Origin: Chloroflexota bacterium
GTDB lineage: Bacteria > Chloroflexota > Dehalococcoidia > Lucifugimonadales > GCA-002723415
Assembly: GCA_002723415.1 (NCBI GenBank)
Contig: PBOA01000008.1
Span: 5,607-69,606 of the forward strand
Direction: 5' to 3'
DNA length: 64,000 bases
Positions 63,374 to 64,000 of this stretch are shown here, piece by piece. Each line of letters starts with the position of its first letter. The stretch's first letter is position 1. The translations under genes were made by a program, and so were the position numbers. The notes under the pieces are model-generated. The model made no database searches. It was not told the origin of the DNA and saw nothing but the letters and a program-made list of their open reading frames with translations.

Positions 63374-64000
63374 TTTTGTTTGTTTTTAATATCTCTATCC
63401 CAAATAGCTCTATTTAACATTAGTCTAAAAATAGATTGTTTTTGATTAATTGGTTCCCAATTTGCAGTAAGTCTTTTAAAAATCAGAATTAAACCGATTG
63501 ATAATGATAAATAAATTATTTCAGTTGGTCTGTGAAATAGTAAATTTAGTATTATTAATATAGGTATAGAAATTGCTGCCCATATGCTAGTTTCTTTAAA
63601 TATTATTCCACCTAAAATACCCATTATTAATGTTAAAATTATAATTTCTGGCAACAGATTAAAACCTATTACTACTCCAACACTAGTCGCTACTCCTCTG
63701 CCTCCAGTAAATTTAATGTATGGAGACCAGCAATGACCAATAATTGTAAACAAACCTGATAAAATTTGTATAGTAATATTAAATTCAAGAAATTTACATA
63801 AAAGTATTACGCAAGTTCCTTTAATGAAAGAATCAAAAAGACCAATAGAGAAACCGCTTATTTTACCGATTTGAGTAATTGCATTTGCTGCCCCAATATT
63901 GCCTGAGCCATAGTTTCTTATGTCTATATTTTTTTTGTGTTTAGCAATTAAATATGATGTAGGAATTCCTCCAAATAAATAAGACAAAATTATTATAAGA
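63349..64000 (-). CDS. plsY: Glycerol-3-phosphate acyltransferase PlsY (5' end probably outside the window)
   Basis: YLFGGIPTSYLIAK and GSGNIGAANA motifs. The frame stays open upstream of the track TTG start to the window edge (..LIII..), so the true start may lie beyond 64000. Confidence 0.85.
   Translation of the reverse strand, partial: LIIILSYLFGGIPTSYLIAKHKKNIDIRNYGSGNIGAANAITQIGKISGFSIGLFDSFIKGTCVILLCKFLEFNITIQILSGLFTIIGHCWSPYIKFTGGRGVATSVGVVIGFNLLPEIIILTLIMGILGGIIFKETSIWAAISIPILIILNLLFHRPTEIIYLSLSIGLILIFKRLTANWEPINQKQSIFRLMLNRAIWDRDIKNKQKWINRLPK

Overview
Gene-dense (about 90% coding), visibly AT-rich (roughly 30% G+C by eye, not computed) bacterial chromosomal segment. I found about 65 protein genes and 3 tRNAs, and no rRNA, CRISPR array, transposase, integrase, phage or toxin-antitoxin genes. 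Many genes are translationally coupled through ATGA, TAATG or 8-nt overlaps, and intergenic regions are short, as in a streamlined genome. A marine heterotroph, perhaps Chloroflexota/SAR202-like, is only a guess. Housekeeping content: dcd-ribD-ribE-ribBA-ribH, rplI-dnaB followed by an unusual tandem DnaC-like loader, holA, holB, hemW, lepB, trmL, gatC-gatA, ruvB, aspS, plsY (cut by the window end), manC, tRNA-Lys/Gln/Glu. Accessory and catabolic content: (1) 960-6499, a lactonase/amidohydrolase/MFS/enolase-superfamily/VOC cluster; (2) 27387-34327, two MFE-2-type SDRs (one catalytically degenerate), a lone N,N-dimethylformamidase-large-subunit-like protein and an M16 peptidase; (3) 38132-51253, a 16-gene co-directional B12 island. 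This island holds a split methylmalonyl-CoA mutase, epimerase and acyl-CoA dehydrogenase. It also holds the most interesting system in the window, a disassembled corrinoid methyl-transfer hub at 40757-47572. That hub has stand-alone homocysteine-binding, pterin-binding, corrinoid and MtaA-type modules, an ATP-dependent reductive activase, two unassignable proteins and an interrupted Cys-rich small ORF; (4) 56755-60906, a 2-oxoacid dehydrogenase E1alpha-E1beta-E2 operon with an aldo/keto reductase coupled where E3 normally sits. A recurring theme is tandem active/degenerate paralogue pairs: amidohydrolases, SDRs, the two AAA+ modules of the loader, and the ABC exporter halves. All functional calls rest on motifs read from the supplied translations and on remembered family signatures. 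No database search was run.
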